A stretch of 64,000 nt of DNA, taken from Squalus acanthias. Lineage: Eukaryota. The translations under genes and the position numbers were made by a program. Positions 1-12,849 of the stretch are shown piece after piece. The stretch covers positions 83,762,001 to 83,826,000 of the forward strand of contig CM059437.1 in the NCBI GenBank assembly GCA_030390025.1. Reading direction: 5' to 3'. Each line of letters begins with the position of its first letter. The stretch's first letter is position 1. Under the pieces are notes generated by a model. The model saw only the letters and a program-made list of their open reading frames with translations, was not told the origin of the DNA and made no database searches.

Positions 1-159
1 GTAATATTTTACTTTTTAGTTCATTGCTGCTACCCAGTGCTTTGGAGGAGTCAGTGCTTCATTCACCTGAACTAAGGAACTCACCGAGGCTGATGTACGG
101 AGTTTAAGTGTGTACGGGCACTAATAGTTTGACCTTAAATTTACCATGAACAGTTCAAA

Positions 160-1158
160 TATTGGACCCCAGCTATTCACAATATACATTAATGATCTAG
201 ATAAGGGAACTAAATGTAATATCTCCAAGTTTGCAGATGACACAAAGCTGGGTGGGAGTGTGTGCTGCGAGGAGGATACCGAGAAACTCCAGGATGATTT
301 GGACAGGTTGGGTGAGTGGGCAGAAGCGTGGCAGATGCAATATAACGTGGATAAGTGCGAGGTTATCCACTTTGGTGTCAAAAACAGAAAGGCAGACTAT
401 TATCTGAATGGCAATAGATTGGGAGAAGGGGAAGTGCAACGAGACCTGGGTGTCCTTGTGCACCAGTCGCTGAAAGTAAGCATGCAGGTGCAGCAGGCGG
501 TGAAGAAGGCAAATGGTATGTTGGCCTTCATAGCGAAAGGGTTTGAGTATAGGAACAGGGATGTCCTGCTGCAGTTGTACAGGGCCTTGATGAGACCACA
601 CCTTGAGTACTGTGTGCAGTTTTGGTCGCCTTATCTGAGGAAGGATGTTCTTGCCATGGAAGTTCAGCGAAGATTCACAAGGCTGATACCTGGGATGGCA
701 GGAATTACATATGAGGAGAGATTGGGTCGATTGGGCTTATACTCGCTGGAGTATAGAAGAATGAGAGGGGATCTCATCGAAACATATAAAATTCTGACAG
801 GTCTGGACAAGCTAGATGCAGGAAGAATGTTCCCGATGGTCGGAGAGTCCAGAACCAGGGGTCATAATCTAAGGATAACGGGTAAGCCATTTAGGACAGA
901 AATGAGGAAGAATTTCTTCACCCAGAGAGTGGTGAACCTGTGGAATTCTCTACCACAGAAGGTAGTTGAGGCCAAGTCATTAAATATATTCAAGAATGAG
1001 TTAGATATATTTCTTAAAGCTAAAGGTATCAAGGGATATGGGGAGAAGGCAGGTACAGGGTACTGAGTTTGGATGATCAGCCATGATCTCATCGAATGGC
1101 GGAGCAGGCTCGAGGGGCCGAATGGCCTACTCCTGCTCCTATCTTCTATGTTTCTATG
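160..1158 (+). mobile_element. 5'-truncated CR1-clade LINE (shark HER1-like): C-terminal part of ORF2 reverse transcriptase plus 3' tail
   Basis: ORF 146..1066 has RT motifs [33 protein letters not shown] and RGDLIETYKI. It ends in the CR1 tail GGCCGAATGGCCTACTCCTGCTCCTATCTTCTATGTTTCTATG. Confidence 0.95.
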
Positions 1159-1231
1159 CTGTAACACCATAGAATCCCAGAAAAAGCAGATCATCAGCCC
1201 ACTTGCACCAAAAAAAACTGTTTCAAGCCAG

Positions 1232-1674
1232 GAAAGAAAGAAAGATTTGCATTTATATAGTGCCTTTCACGACCACCGGACGTCTCAAAGCGCTTTACAG
1301 CCAATGAAGTACTTTTGAAGTGTAGTCACTGTTGTAATGCAGGAAACACGGCAGCCAATTTGCACACAGCAAGCTCCCACAAACAGCAATGTGATAAAAT
1401 CTGTTTTTGTTATGTTGATTGAGGGATAAATATTGGCCAGGCCACCGGGGAGAACGCTCCTGCTCTTCGAAATAGTGCCATGGGATCTTTTAATTCCACC
1501 TGAGAGAGCAGACGGGGCCTCGATTTAACGTCTCATCCGAAAGACAGCACCTCCGACAGTGCAGCGCTCAAGTGTCAGCCTAGATTTATGTGCTCAAGTC
1601 CTGGAGTGGGACTTGAATCCACAACCTTCTGACTCAGAGGCGAGTGTGCTACCCACTGAGCCACAGCTGACACT
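1232..1674 (-). mobile_element. Full-length tRNA-derived Deu-domain SINE (SacSINE1/DeuSINE-like)
   Basis: Minus strand shows A box TGGCTCAGTGGG, B box GATTCAAGTCC, central GCTGTTTGTGGGAGCTTGCTGTGTGCAAATTGGCTGCC and tail GGCACTATATAAATGCAAATCTTTCTTTC. TSD-like CAGGAAAGAAA/CAGGAATGAAA flanks it. Confidence 0.85.
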
Positions 1675-1884
1675 CAGGAATGAAAAGTGAACGAAGCAAA
1701 GGTATTCAACTAACTTTAAAGTTTCTATAAAACACATCTGCGGTTGTTTATGTTTATATATGGGCATTCTCTGCTAAATTGACTTGTAATATTACTTATT
1801 AAGTTAGCATATGGAGAGCATGATAATATGATTTATGCCACCAATTAGAATATGTAGCACAGAGGGGTCGAGAAGATATTTAAG

Positions 1885-2006
1885 AAAACTGTGAATATTG
1901 AAAATCTGAAATAAAAATAGAATATGTTGGAAATATACAGCAGGTTTGGCTGGAACTGAAAAGAGAAAAGACAGGTTAATGTTTTGGATAGGTATCCTTG
2001 GTCAGA
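1885..2006 (-). mobile_element. Degenerate copy of the short hammerhead-motif repeat seen at 16554
   Basis: AAATCTGAAATAAAAATAGAATATGTTGGAAATATACAGCAGGT matches the reverse complement of 16620-16665. Confidence 0.6.
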
Positions 2007-2239
2007 ATTCATTATTTCACTTTATCAAGGAGATGTGTTACTGTCACAGAGGGGAAGTGGTGGGGAGTTAAGGTCCTTAATAAGGTCTGGGAGTATAACA
2101 ACTTGTTACTTTTTCAGGTTCCTTTTACTGTTTTCATTTCTTTGACAGCAATGTTCTCATTATGGAAGGTTTACAGCCTTATATTATTGTACTGGCATTT
2201 ATATCTGTAAAAAAACTATTTTATCATTTTATTTTACCT

Positions 2240-2590
2240 CAATTTTCTCCCCTCCTACCCTAATGGTTCTGATTCATGCTGATGTATAGTTCCACAGGCC
2301 TTGGCTATGCTTCAGTAATATTATTCACGGTGAACCGGGGCAGTGAGTACTGACAAGTTATTTGACAATCGGCACATCATAGCTGAACACCATCCTAACC
2401 TCAGCTGACATCTACACAATGCACTTTTCAGCAAGGGTCACTGAATCAAGAGCAGGAGCTCTTTTCTGATTTTTCTCCTCCCTCCCTGAGGAACACTGAT
2501 TTAATCAGCTAACTGAGGAGTGAATCAGGGACCTTCGGATCCGTGTTGCTTGGTAGCACACCAGGTGGTGCATTTAGCCACTATACCATT
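2240..2590 (-). mobile_element. Old tRNA-headed SINE-like repeat, an abundant family in this window
   Basis: Similar to copies at about 10120, 17090, 19800, 41740, 43280, 49170, 52440, 58180 and 62060 (shared AGCTGATCTCAGC and CCAGTGACCCCTGCTGGAAA blocks). Confidence 0.55.
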
Positions 2591-2931
2591 GAACATAATT
2601 TGGTTCCAGTGTACATTAATGGGAGTTTTTGCCACAAACTAGACTCTAAAGCATCTTGAACTGTATAGCTTGCTAGAATGCTCACAGGAGAATTGACTGT
2701 CAAAAAACTTCTAAAAATTATACCTTTATGTAAATAAAATTAAAGTTATCATGGTGCTGAATGGTGTTTGAGGTCTAAATTCCAAAATGGCAGCCTTGCC
2801 AATGATGGGGAAGGAGTTTTTTTTTTTAAAGCAGATTGTTCAGGCACTCTGAATATTAAAACATTGGTTTTCAGTCAGTCATAAACTGGCCATGGACATT
2901 ACACAGCCTCCACCTATGCCCATTGCCATTA

Positions 2932-3461
2932 GGGTCACTTTTTAACCTGCTCAGAACGGGCATGAAATTGGCAAAGAAGTTGCACCACTCGGCGGAAGCC
3001 AGTGTCGGGAGGCCTGAACCATTTTCAGGTTTGGCTCTCATCAGCATAATTCACCAATCAGTATATTGTGGGGCCAGGAGGAGCAGGAATCCTGATCCTG
3101 GCTCCACAAAAAAGTTCCAGGCCGTTTTTAGAGTGACCTCCATTGCTCTCTTTAAGGGATGCTGGTTAGGCCATTCTCTGCCTGGTACAAATGGAGGGTG
3201 CATGAATGGTGCACATTCCACCCATTTGTACCTGAAAATTACAAACAGGGTCCTACAACTAGCTTAGGACCCCAATTTGCATATGTAAGCCGCCTCCTGC
3301 CTGTTTTAGGCAGGTGTGCTGTACACCCATTTACAGGCCTGCTTAAAGATTTAATCAAGTGGGCCTTGGCTGAAGTGCCCCATTCCCCCTTCCCCAGTTT
3401 TTCACTACTGGCCACCCATTTTTCAGGCAGGAAATAGGTGGGTGGCAGTTGAAAATCACCC
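2932..3461. mobile_element. Degenerate PIF/Harbinger-type MITE
   Basis: Imperfect TIRs GGGTCACTTTTTAAC...GTTGAAAATCACCC resemble the other GGG...CCC TIR elements; the interior is richer in GC than its flanks. Confidence 0.45.
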
Positions 3462-4251
3462 ACCCATTGTTTCATTCAGGCATTCCTATTCTCAGTTTCA
3501 ACATCGCTGCTTGTTATTTTCAGATTGGGTTGGAGGAATGGACAGAATGACTTGTGTCTTGCCAGTGTTGAGCTGAAAATAGTTCTGGTTCATCCAGGAC
3601 TTTATGTCTAACAGACAGTCAGATAGTATAGTGACGGTCGTGGAGTCAATGGTTGTCCTGGAGTCGATGGTGATTGCAGAGATGAAGCTTGGGGGTCATC
3701 AGTATAAAAATGGAAATGGATCCCATTCTACAGATAATGTTGCTGAATGGCAGGTAAAGGAGGGGGAACAACAATCTTTGGCATGGCAGAGGTGACTGTG
3801 GACGCAGGAGGAGAAACCATTACTATGCTGGGAAAGGCAGAAACAGAATTCAGATAGGGTGGTTCCAAGGAGATGGCCCACAGAAATGAGAGATGGGAAG
3901 GAGAATGGAATGGTCACCAGTATTGAAGGCTGCAGAGAAGTCGAGGACAGGAGGGTTGAGGTGTTGTAATCACATAGGCTATCAAGATGGTTTTGCTGTT
4001 GTAGTTGGGGGCATGAAGTTGGCAGAGTAGCCACACCACCAGCTTAAAGCCAGCATCTGGAGGCCCAAACCTTTTTCAGGTTAAGGTCTTATCAGCATAA
4101 ATGACAGAGATGGCTTTGCTGTTGGTGAAACTAGACTGAAGGGATTTAAGTAGGGTGTGGTGTGACAGAAGGGTACGATAAGTGTAAATTGTTGTTGCAC
4201 TGTTGAAATAAACCAAAGGACTTCACAGATCTGCATCACAATTCCAACACA

Positions 4252-4850
4252 AGTGTCAGCTTAGCTCAGTTAGTAGCACTCTTGTCTCGAGTCAGAAGGA
4301 TGTGGGTTCAATCTCCACTGCAGATTTGAGAATACAATCTAGTAGTGTGGGACTGTTGCAATCTCAGAGGATGAGACGTTAAATTGTGGATGTAAAAGAT
4401 GCAATGGCATTATTTGAAGTGAGAAGTCGCACAACACCAGGTTATAGTCCAACAGTTTTATTTGAAATCACAAGCTTTCGGAGCGCTGCTTCACCTGACG
4501 TAGGAGCAGCGCTCCGAAAGCTTGTGATTTCAAATAAAACTGTTGGACTATAACCTGGTGTTGTGTGACTTCTCACATTTGTCCACCCCAGTCCAACACC
4601 GGCATCTCCACATCATTATATGAAGTGCCCCTGGTGTCCTGGCCAACATTTCCCTTTTGATCACTGCCATTAAAAAAAGATCAGCTCATCTATTTTGCTG
4701 TTTGTGGAACTTCATTGTGTGCAAGCTGGCTGCTGTGTTTGCCTACACAACAGTGACACCCTTTCAAAAACAATGCATTGGTTGTAAATTACTTTAGAAT
4801 TGGCTCAAGAATGTGATAAAGTGTTCTTTAACTACAAGGTCTTTCTTTCT
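4252..4850 (+). mobile_element. Diverged DeuSINE copy interrupted by a palindromic insertion
   Basis: Head AGTGTCAGCTTAGCTCAGTTAGTAGCACTCTTG...GGGTTCAATCTCC, Deu block GCTGTTTGTGGAACTTCATTGTGTGCAAGCTGGCTGC and tail TCTTTCTTTCTT. Confidence 0.75.
4419..4613 (+). mobile_element. Penelope-like terminal fragment: about 72-bp-arm inverted repeat with a minimal hammerhead motif
   Basis: 4419-4490 is the reverse complement of 4505-4576 with one mismatch. TCAC-CTGACGTA-GGAGC AGC GCTCC-GAAAGCTT-GTGA lies at 4491-4527. Flanked by a 14-bp duplication CATTAT(T/A)TGAAGTG at 4408-4421 and 4614-4627. Confidence 0.7.
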
Positions 4851-5019
4851 TCCCGAATGCTTGTATCATTAGAGAAGGTATGTAGGAGAGGTTCAGCCAT
4901 GGAGGGAGGGGGGGGGGGAGGGCTTTATGGGACAAAAGCACCTAAAGATGAGAGAAGAAGCAAACAACTTGAATGAGATAAATAAGTAAAACCAAGACAA
5001 TTTTGTTTGTAAATATAGT

Positions 5020-5025
5020 TTTATT
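5020..5025 (-). terminator. Candidate distal polyadenylation signal of SMTN
   Basis: Minus-strand AATAAA is followed about 20 nt later by a U/GU-rich tract TTGTCTTGGTTTTACTTATTT. Other candidates are at 8345-8350, 10670-10675 and 10762-10767. Confidence 0.35.
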
Positions 5026-6964
5026 TTGTGCTTTAGTGCATATCTGTATATACTGTGTAAAACAGACGAGTTACAAAATGCATACTGAAATATGTTGACC
5101 GTATTACAATGGTGTAGTGGCCTGAAAAAGACACAACATGCTACACTGAAGGTAAAACCAGGCCTATCCCACACGTACCTCAATGCTAGTGCAAGCAGGA
5201 ATACAGTCATGTTGTGAGCTCTCTTTTTTTTTAAATTAAATGAAGTTATAATCTGAGGGAAAAACTCAAAAGGAGGAAAGAGTTGTGTGTACCTGCTCCA
5301 CAAATTACAAGGGAATTGACTTCAAGTTTTGTATAAGCAGCGTGTGTTTGTGTCACTATGTCCGTGTATACACTGCACCAGTACTGAGTGTAGATTGAGG
5401 GACACTGGTGAGAACTTAAATTGAGCTTATCATCCCCTTAGTAAACCAGCTGGAGTAGTGCAAGCCTGGGTTTTGATGCTGATGATCAACTATCTTAAAT
5501 AAGTTAGTCAGTCCTAAAAAGTTCAAGAGACACCCTGTGTCAGGCAGAAACAGTCTGAAATCAAATCTTCATATAAATGTGTTTGACCAGATCATAAGCA
5601 CTGATTCAATACTGGAGAGTGCGGTGGGTGATAATGTATCTGTATCTAACCCATGTTATACCTGATCTGGGGATGCTCGACGTTACGACCAGTTACAAAA
5701 GATGGAATATGTCCAATCTCCAACATTAACATCCCTCACCTCGATGAGTAAAAAATATTTTAAAATAATGAAAAATCTAAAATATCTTCCTGCTGCGGGT
5801 TTGCCAGGGGCAGTCAAAGTGCCTGTCATCTCAACACACCACCAATGCAGTTCCAAAAAAAATTACTGATTACCCAGCATTACCTAAACAAAGTTTGCTT
5901 GTTTTTGTATTGCTTTATCATCTGTTCAGTTTTCACGGTGTGTTGGGCCGGCCAGAGACAATGGGATATCACAGTTACCTTAAAAGCTGCTGGAGTAGGG
6001 TGACTAACCAAATCCCTGCCTGAGGTGAATGGGTGGGATTAGTGCAGTCAGTGTGCAGGCCTACCTGTAAATTGGACATTTTAGCAGCCAAACAAAATCT
6101 GAAAATATTGGATTAGTGAACAGCTTTTAAGCAAACATTAGCCAGCAGGATTCACTTCATTACAAAACGGAATGATCTATGACCCGAGAACATCGTATAT
6201 CAGGGTGCACTGCGCGTAGTTATATAGTAATACGGCAGTGCATTTGTTTCTTGTACATTTCAATTTGAAGTCTTAGTTTTTCTTTTACAAGACAATGAAG
6301 AACTATTGGTACAAGCTCTAAAATTAATCATGCAGTGGAGCAGGTACTGTACTCATCTTTCAGAACAGTGTATAAATTCGTAGCCAGTTTGTGCATATGC
6401 ACCTCTGTGCCATGGATTTACAAGCTGCTTGCAGAGAGTCAGGGTCTAGAACTCTTTCTCCTTCATACACTCCAGATACATTAGTGACCTCCAGCAGGTC
6501 GTCTTCTTCCTTACAACAACGATTATCCCCCATGTACCGATGAACTAAAATTCATGGTTTCAAAAAGGAGTACCTTTAAATAGTCTCAGCGTCACTAACA
6601 GTAGCACAGGTGTAAGCGATCGATCAGCCAAAACTCATCTGACACCAACGGCAGAGCAGCCTTCAAAACTCACATCCTAAATTTCCAAATTCCCATTTAA
6701 TCTCAGGGTTAATCCCAGTCTCCCTTTCTAACCTGTTCATCACTCTTTATCAGCAGAATGTAACTGTCAATGTCTAGATGTTAAATGGGCATGGTCACCA
6801 CTGAAAAGGCATCAGCAAGGTTATGCCTCTGGTGCAATTATATCATTCAGCAGGACTACAGAAAAAAAAAATTAGAAGTGTTTTCAAAAAGAAATTTATG
6901 GCCCAAGTTCTTGCTGCACTGCAAATATAAAACCAATATAAATTATTTTCAAAGTAGGAGAGAG

Positions 6965-7150
6965 AATTGTAAATCTGAAATATAAACAGAAAATGCACAG
7001 CAGGTCAGTTAGCATCTGAAAGAGAAAGAAAGATAAACTGCAAAGTCACACCTGAACCTATGAAGAATTTACCCAAAATGTTAGCATTTCTGTCTTTGCG
7101 ATGCTAATTAACTTGTGTGTTTCTAGCATTTACTACTTTTATTTCAAAGC
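6965..7150. mobile_element. Old two-armed (inverted) copy of the 16554 repeat family
   Basis: AAATCTGAAATATAAACAGAAAATGC...AGCATCTG is followed by GATGCT...TTTCTAGCATTT...TTTATTTCA in the opposite orientation. Confidence 0.5.
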
Positions 7151-9462
7151 AACTCCCTTAAAAGAGGCAGAGATGGACCTTATATTGGAGAAAGACAATT
7201 GCAGCATCAGTAAGCTAATCATTAAAGGCATTTTTACACTAAGAGTTGGGATCTTGGGATAGCAGCATTTGGAGACCATGTGTGGCAATCACCTTCTATA
7301 AAGTAGGTTGATGCTGCTGCTCCAAATTAAGGCCACTTTTAAATGTGGACCTGTATTTTTGCATATATCTATGATTTTCATGGCTCTGCGTGCCGTTATA
7401 AGCCAACTTTCTTAATTTCCCTAGGGGTTAAACCCTGCAGGCAGATCTCATATCAATTTGAATATAATTTGATTGAGCAGCATCCTGAAATTGAGAAGAG
7501 GCTGGGGCTGCCCTCTTGCATGGTTGTGTCACAATATGCCCATAGCCGGTTAAAATAGACAGAATCTACTCTGACAGCGGGTTACAAAATCCACAGAGAT
7601 CTAGGCAATTTGGATCTACAATGCTGTCAGATTTCTCAAGTTGCATCCTTTACATTCGGGTGAACGGTCAACAGCAGGAGAGCCACGTGTCTGCTGTTGA
7701 TGGTACTCCCTCAAGGTAAAAGCATCTTGAGATAGGGATTAACCCATTACTGCAGGGTGGTTAGCAGATGCCAGATGAGAGAAGGTTGGTCAAAGGCCAA
7801 CAGCTCTTCTTCCCAACGCCAAAGTCTGTTAATAACAACTGGTTTCTAAGCCAAGAATTTCACCACCTCGAGTACAAAGAGGATAATGGATTAAGATGAA
7901 TCCGTATTTCCAAAAACAAATATTAAAACTAATTAAAAAAATTGTAGCAAGTTCAATGCTAACTTTAATAAGAAAACACAGTCCAAGTGAACACTAGAAT
8001 AATATGTACAGACACACACATGCACACGTGGCAGTTTTCTTCATACAGGTTACATATAGAAACATTGCACTTTTTTAAATATAAAATGTGGCACTAAGAG
8101 CTATACTAATACAGTAAATATGCGTGTTGTTTAGAAAGGTCAGTCTGCTCTGCATAGATTATTTAAAAAATAACACACACCCAATATCCTTGGCAGGGAG
8201 TAACACACTGAGCAGTTTTCAAGTACAGTAATTTGAAATTCAGAGTCTGTGGCGTTTGTGCTTGCATGAACAGTGCCAGAGATTTAAACTCTCTGCTTTA
8301 GTGCAGCAGAAATTTTAACTAGTTATTTGAAGTGTATGAGTATATTTATTTGGTTATGATGCTGGTGGTTTACTCTAATTAGTTAAAAGTGATGAATAAT
8401 GAGCACACCACAGTGTATAATTTTCTCTTTTTGTTAATGTAATTGAAAAAGTTGGTTTTTGCTTACCCCCACTTTCATGCCAGCATTAGCAAACCAAGGG
8501 AAATACACTCATGTTTTAAAAACATCACTGTACAACACAATAAATGACTGGTTTACAACATAATATGCTTGTCGTATCTTCAAGCTTATACATTTCTAAA
8601 TCAGTAATTATGGTTAAAGTGAACATCAAAAATGTTCTCAATCTCTCTCTCTTCGGGGTTGGGGGGGGGGGTTAGGATTTTGTGTGTTTCAAAGTGATAC
8701 ACAGATTAATGTTTTGGGTGTACCCTTTGTCAGAACTCTTTCAACGCTGACTGATACATAATCAGCGCCTACTGTTTTTATTTCCATTTTGCAGTATTTG
8801 CAGTTCTTTTTTTATCTTTTGAAGAAAATATATTTCTTCAATTGAATGTAATCTTCCTTCTTCATAACAGACCTGAAAAGACTCTCAACCAAAATACCCG
8901 GCCTGTTATAAGTTTCAACAGTAACTAAAAACCCATATTTGTTGAGTATATTTTTCAAAGTAATTTGTCGTTATCTCTCCTGGTGGTTCTCAACCATATT
9001 TAAACAGAGTTAAAATAAAGAGCAATGTTTTACTCTGCAGATGAAGCACTGCAGTAGTGGCTGCAGTACCATAAGATGTAGCACAGTTCTTAATTGTTCT
9101 GGTTTAGTCAGGATGTTCGGTTATTAAATAGCAGCAGCAGGGTGCAGGACTTCCAAGCCAGCAAAATCAGCCGATTTGCTTGTTCTACAGCAAATCATTC
9201 TCCCACCTCAAGCACTAACCTTTCAATATATTACACCTTCAGAACAGAGTTAGAAGTCTTTATATTTTCCAATATGCACTGGCAGTAGACGAGGTTCCCC
9301 ACTGCCAGCTTGTACTCATCACTAGCCTAGTAGTGGTGTCTGCCACCAAGTTGGTAAGAGCTGATCTGCAGGCTCCACCAGATCAAAGGACAGTAATGTG
9401 GAGAGGAGTTCTCTGTGCTTTTTCTTCAAGAATAGAGCCAGAGAAACAGTGAAAAAAGATAA

Positions 9463-9615
9463 GGGGTAGAATTTCGGTGAGTGTTACCCGATCTCCTACT
9501 GTAACCGTGGTGGAAGATCAGCGAAAATCCCCCAAGAAACGGTGTAAATGGCTGTTTATATTGTTTCTCTGGCGTTTCTGCCGAAGCTATGGCAGGAGAT
9601 CGGGAATTCCCTTCC
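9463..9615. mobile_element. Short Harbinger-type MITE remnant
   Basis: Begins GGGGTAGAATTTC, the same TIR type as the 20161 element, and has an internal CCCGATCTCCT/AGGAGATCGGG inversion. Confidence 0.45.
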
Positions 9616-11521
9616 TGTGAAGCAGTCTGGCTAGGAATCCCACCACTTTTAAGTTTGGAAGGCTTGGTTATGGGCACAAGTGACGACTCAACTTGTAACT
9701 GTATGCAGATCTGTAAAATACTCCAGCCTGACTATCTGTTTTACTCTGTTCGAAGCCTGAAAAAAAAGCTTCTCTCCTCCACTTCTAATTTTCCCTTGCT
9801 GAACAGGACAGCAACACACAAGCCACAATGATTACTGTCATTGAGTACTGCATGATACATTTACCTCAGCATTCTTCACAGTTGATAACACTTTACTATT
9901 CTACTTTTAAGTGCAACAATTGAGAAGTAAATTCTCAGCTTTCAGCACACTCTACCATACCTTATGGACAGGACAATGTTTTAACGTTCACTTGAACACT
10001 TTTAATGTTCTGTGAAAATTCATAGTTGCTATGTTTGGAACTAATATACGCAAGTACATTTAAAAAAAAATAAAAGCTTCCCTCCATTCTTCTCAAGGTA
10101 GAGACTAATTGAGGTATGATTCCATGGGCATTGGCAGCGCTCTTGTACCTGCTCAAGTGACCCTTCTTGATGTTTGAGTGAGTGATGACAGGTTATTCCA
10201 AAGTAACCTGGCATCACAGCCAAGTACAATGCTGTCCATCTCCACACTGGCATATTTTCCAGCAGCAGTCATTGGCTCGTCATCAGGAGCGGCAACACTG
10301 CCTGATTTTCCTCCTCCTTAGCCCAGGGGCACTAAGACCAATTGTAGCATTCCCAACTGCTGTTCCAGCTGCAATCAGCTAACTCAGGACACACTGGAAA
10401 TTGAACCTGTATGTTGATATTCCCAAAGTAACACTGATTAATTTGATTGAGGCAGTAACTTGAGGATATGAATCACAATAGTGGAAGTGTGTGGATGACC
10501 CATTAGGTCAATGAATCCCATGGATGGGCCTGCGCTTGTTACACTGTGCTCGAATGCACAGGAAGCTCCTCATGTAGGCTTTGCTGCAACCTGTAACATT
10601 CATCAGCTTCTGTACCCTGGCCTTTATATATATATATTATATAGTTTAAAAATCTTTTGTTGTGGTTGTTTTATTGTCAGAGACCCAGGCATGAGGACTG
10701 CTGTGTTAATAGAATATCTATTAAATTATCATTTAGATTGTTGAAAGGAATACTAAATCCTTTTATTATAACTAAATGACATACATATTTCCTTTTGTCT
10801 CACCAAAGCACAATCTTTTTTCTGCAGATGTGAACCATGAAAACTATAATTTGAAAACAAATTCTAATTGTACAATATAGAAACTTCCCTGCAAAAATGA
10901 CTACAGAATTATTGGCCAAAGCCACACACTGTACTGTGAGACAAAGACACCAGAACTATCAGTTTCTGTGCCATGTTATCTGAAATTGCCTTCTTTTACC
11001 GTTTCTAAATCTGGGGGGGGGTTGCGGGGAAGAGAGAGAGAGAGAGGGAGAGGGAGAAAAAAAAATTCTGGTGTGCTACATAATTCCAAATCAAAATCTT
11101 ATATCATTAGATTTGCTTGATTATGCCCAAGTTTCCTTTCCCTTATTTTAAAAGGTGTTGTGCGACCTACTGACCTTAATTCAGTGCTGTAATATGCCCA
11201 TCTCTTTGCAAATATGAATGTGGATGATTATAAAGGCTCTTTCTCAGTACATTTATAAGGTGATTTTTTTCCTGATTTGGAAATAAAAATGGTCATGTAC
11301 TAGGATTCTATAATATACACAAAGTAGACAATACATCAACCTGGCATCTCCATCCCTGTCGATGCATAAAAAGAAAAAAATAATCCCAGAACGCAAACAC
11401 AGCACATAGTGACTCATGTCTGTACATGTTTTCTGACAATTGTCTCAAAACACAGGCATACTGTGGATTTTTTTTTAAACCAGAAAGACAAGACATTCTG
11501 GCTTCCATCTCCCGGGTCCGG

Positions 11522-11677
<156 letters not shown>

Positions 11678-12094
11678 TTACGCTAAAATAATGCTTTAAA
11701 CTGTACAATGCTGTGAAAGTAATTCGTTAAAAATAAATGTGACTTTCTTTACTCCTATTCAGGCCTGTCCTGTGCCTTACACCATTTTTCATCCAAGATA
11801 GTGCATGGGCCTTTTCCAATGTCAGGCTACTAGGAGGTGAGCAAGGATGCTCTATGGAGCTCCTCAAGCCCTCCATTATCATCCCTTCATAACAGAGGAG
11901 GAAGAAGAGATATTGACCCTGGCCTTTAATCAGGATCTATTTCTTGACTGAATTCACCAGTTGGTGGAAATCACTGGAGCAAGACAAAATATTTTAAAAA
12001 TCCCTTTTACTAAGATGATACCAGGGACGAGAGGCTTTAGTTAGGAGAAACTAGATACCTGGGACTCTCTTCACTCGAAGAGAGAATAATAAAA

Positions 12095-12845
12095 ACTTGC
12101 ATTTATAAATCATAGAGGTGCAATCAGACAAAAATGGAAGCCAAACCAAAGGAGGTGATATTAGGGCCTAGATTGCTAAAGGCACAGCCGCCAACAGTGA
12201 GGGGAGGTATGTGCAAGAGGCCAGAGTCAGAGGAATGGAGAGTTGGGGAGCAGGCTTGTAGGAGGTTACAGAGTTAGGTAGGGGCAAGACCATGAAGGGA
12301 TTTAAATACAAGGATAAGAATATTAAATTGGAGGTGCTGGGAGATTAATGTGGATAGGTGTGATGGCTGAGCAGGACTTGGTGCAGGATAAGATATGGGC
12401 AGCAGAGTTTTGGATGAGTTGAAGTTTATGGAGGGCGGAGGATGGGAGGCCGGCCAGAAAGCATTGGAATAGTCGACTCTGCAGGTGAAAAAGGCATGGA
12501 TGAGGGTTTCAGCAGCAGGTGGCATGATATAGGGGTGGAGGCGATGTTACAGAGGTGGAAGTAGGCAGTCTTTGTGATCGAGGGAATATGGGAATAGAAG
12601 TTCAGGTGAGGGTCGACTAAGATACTGAAGTTGCAAACCGTCTGGCTCAGCCTGAAAACATCTTCTTCCCCAACCATTATGGAATAAATTTGTGGTGTGG
12701 ACCAAAGATGATGGCTTCGGTCTTCTCAATGTTTTACTGGAGGAAACTGCAGCTCATCCAAGAATGGATGTCGGACAAGAATTCTGACAACAGGGAAATA
12801 GTGGGGTTGAGAGGGGTTCTGGAGAGGTAGAGCTGGGTTTCGTCA
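12095..12845 (-). mobile_element. Decayed L2-clade LINE 3' fragment
   Basis: Minus ORFs give AAETLIHAFFTCRVDYSNA, ITKTAYFHLCNI and FNILILVFKSLHGLAP, typical of L2 ORF2 C-terminus, with frameshifts. Confidence 0.8.
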
Positions 12846-12849
12846 CCAT

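Noticed and set aside
1600-1674. tRNA gene
   Set aside because: The A and B boxes belong to a SINE head; there is no complete cloverleaf.
6360-6533. 57-aa minus-strand ORF MGDNRCCKEEDDLLEV...
   Set aside because: No recognisable homology or splice context, and the length is expected by chance.
1-11000. SELENOM exons or SECIS (SMTN's tail-to-tail neighbour in mammals)
   Set aside because: I found no matching peptide or convincing SECIS by eye.
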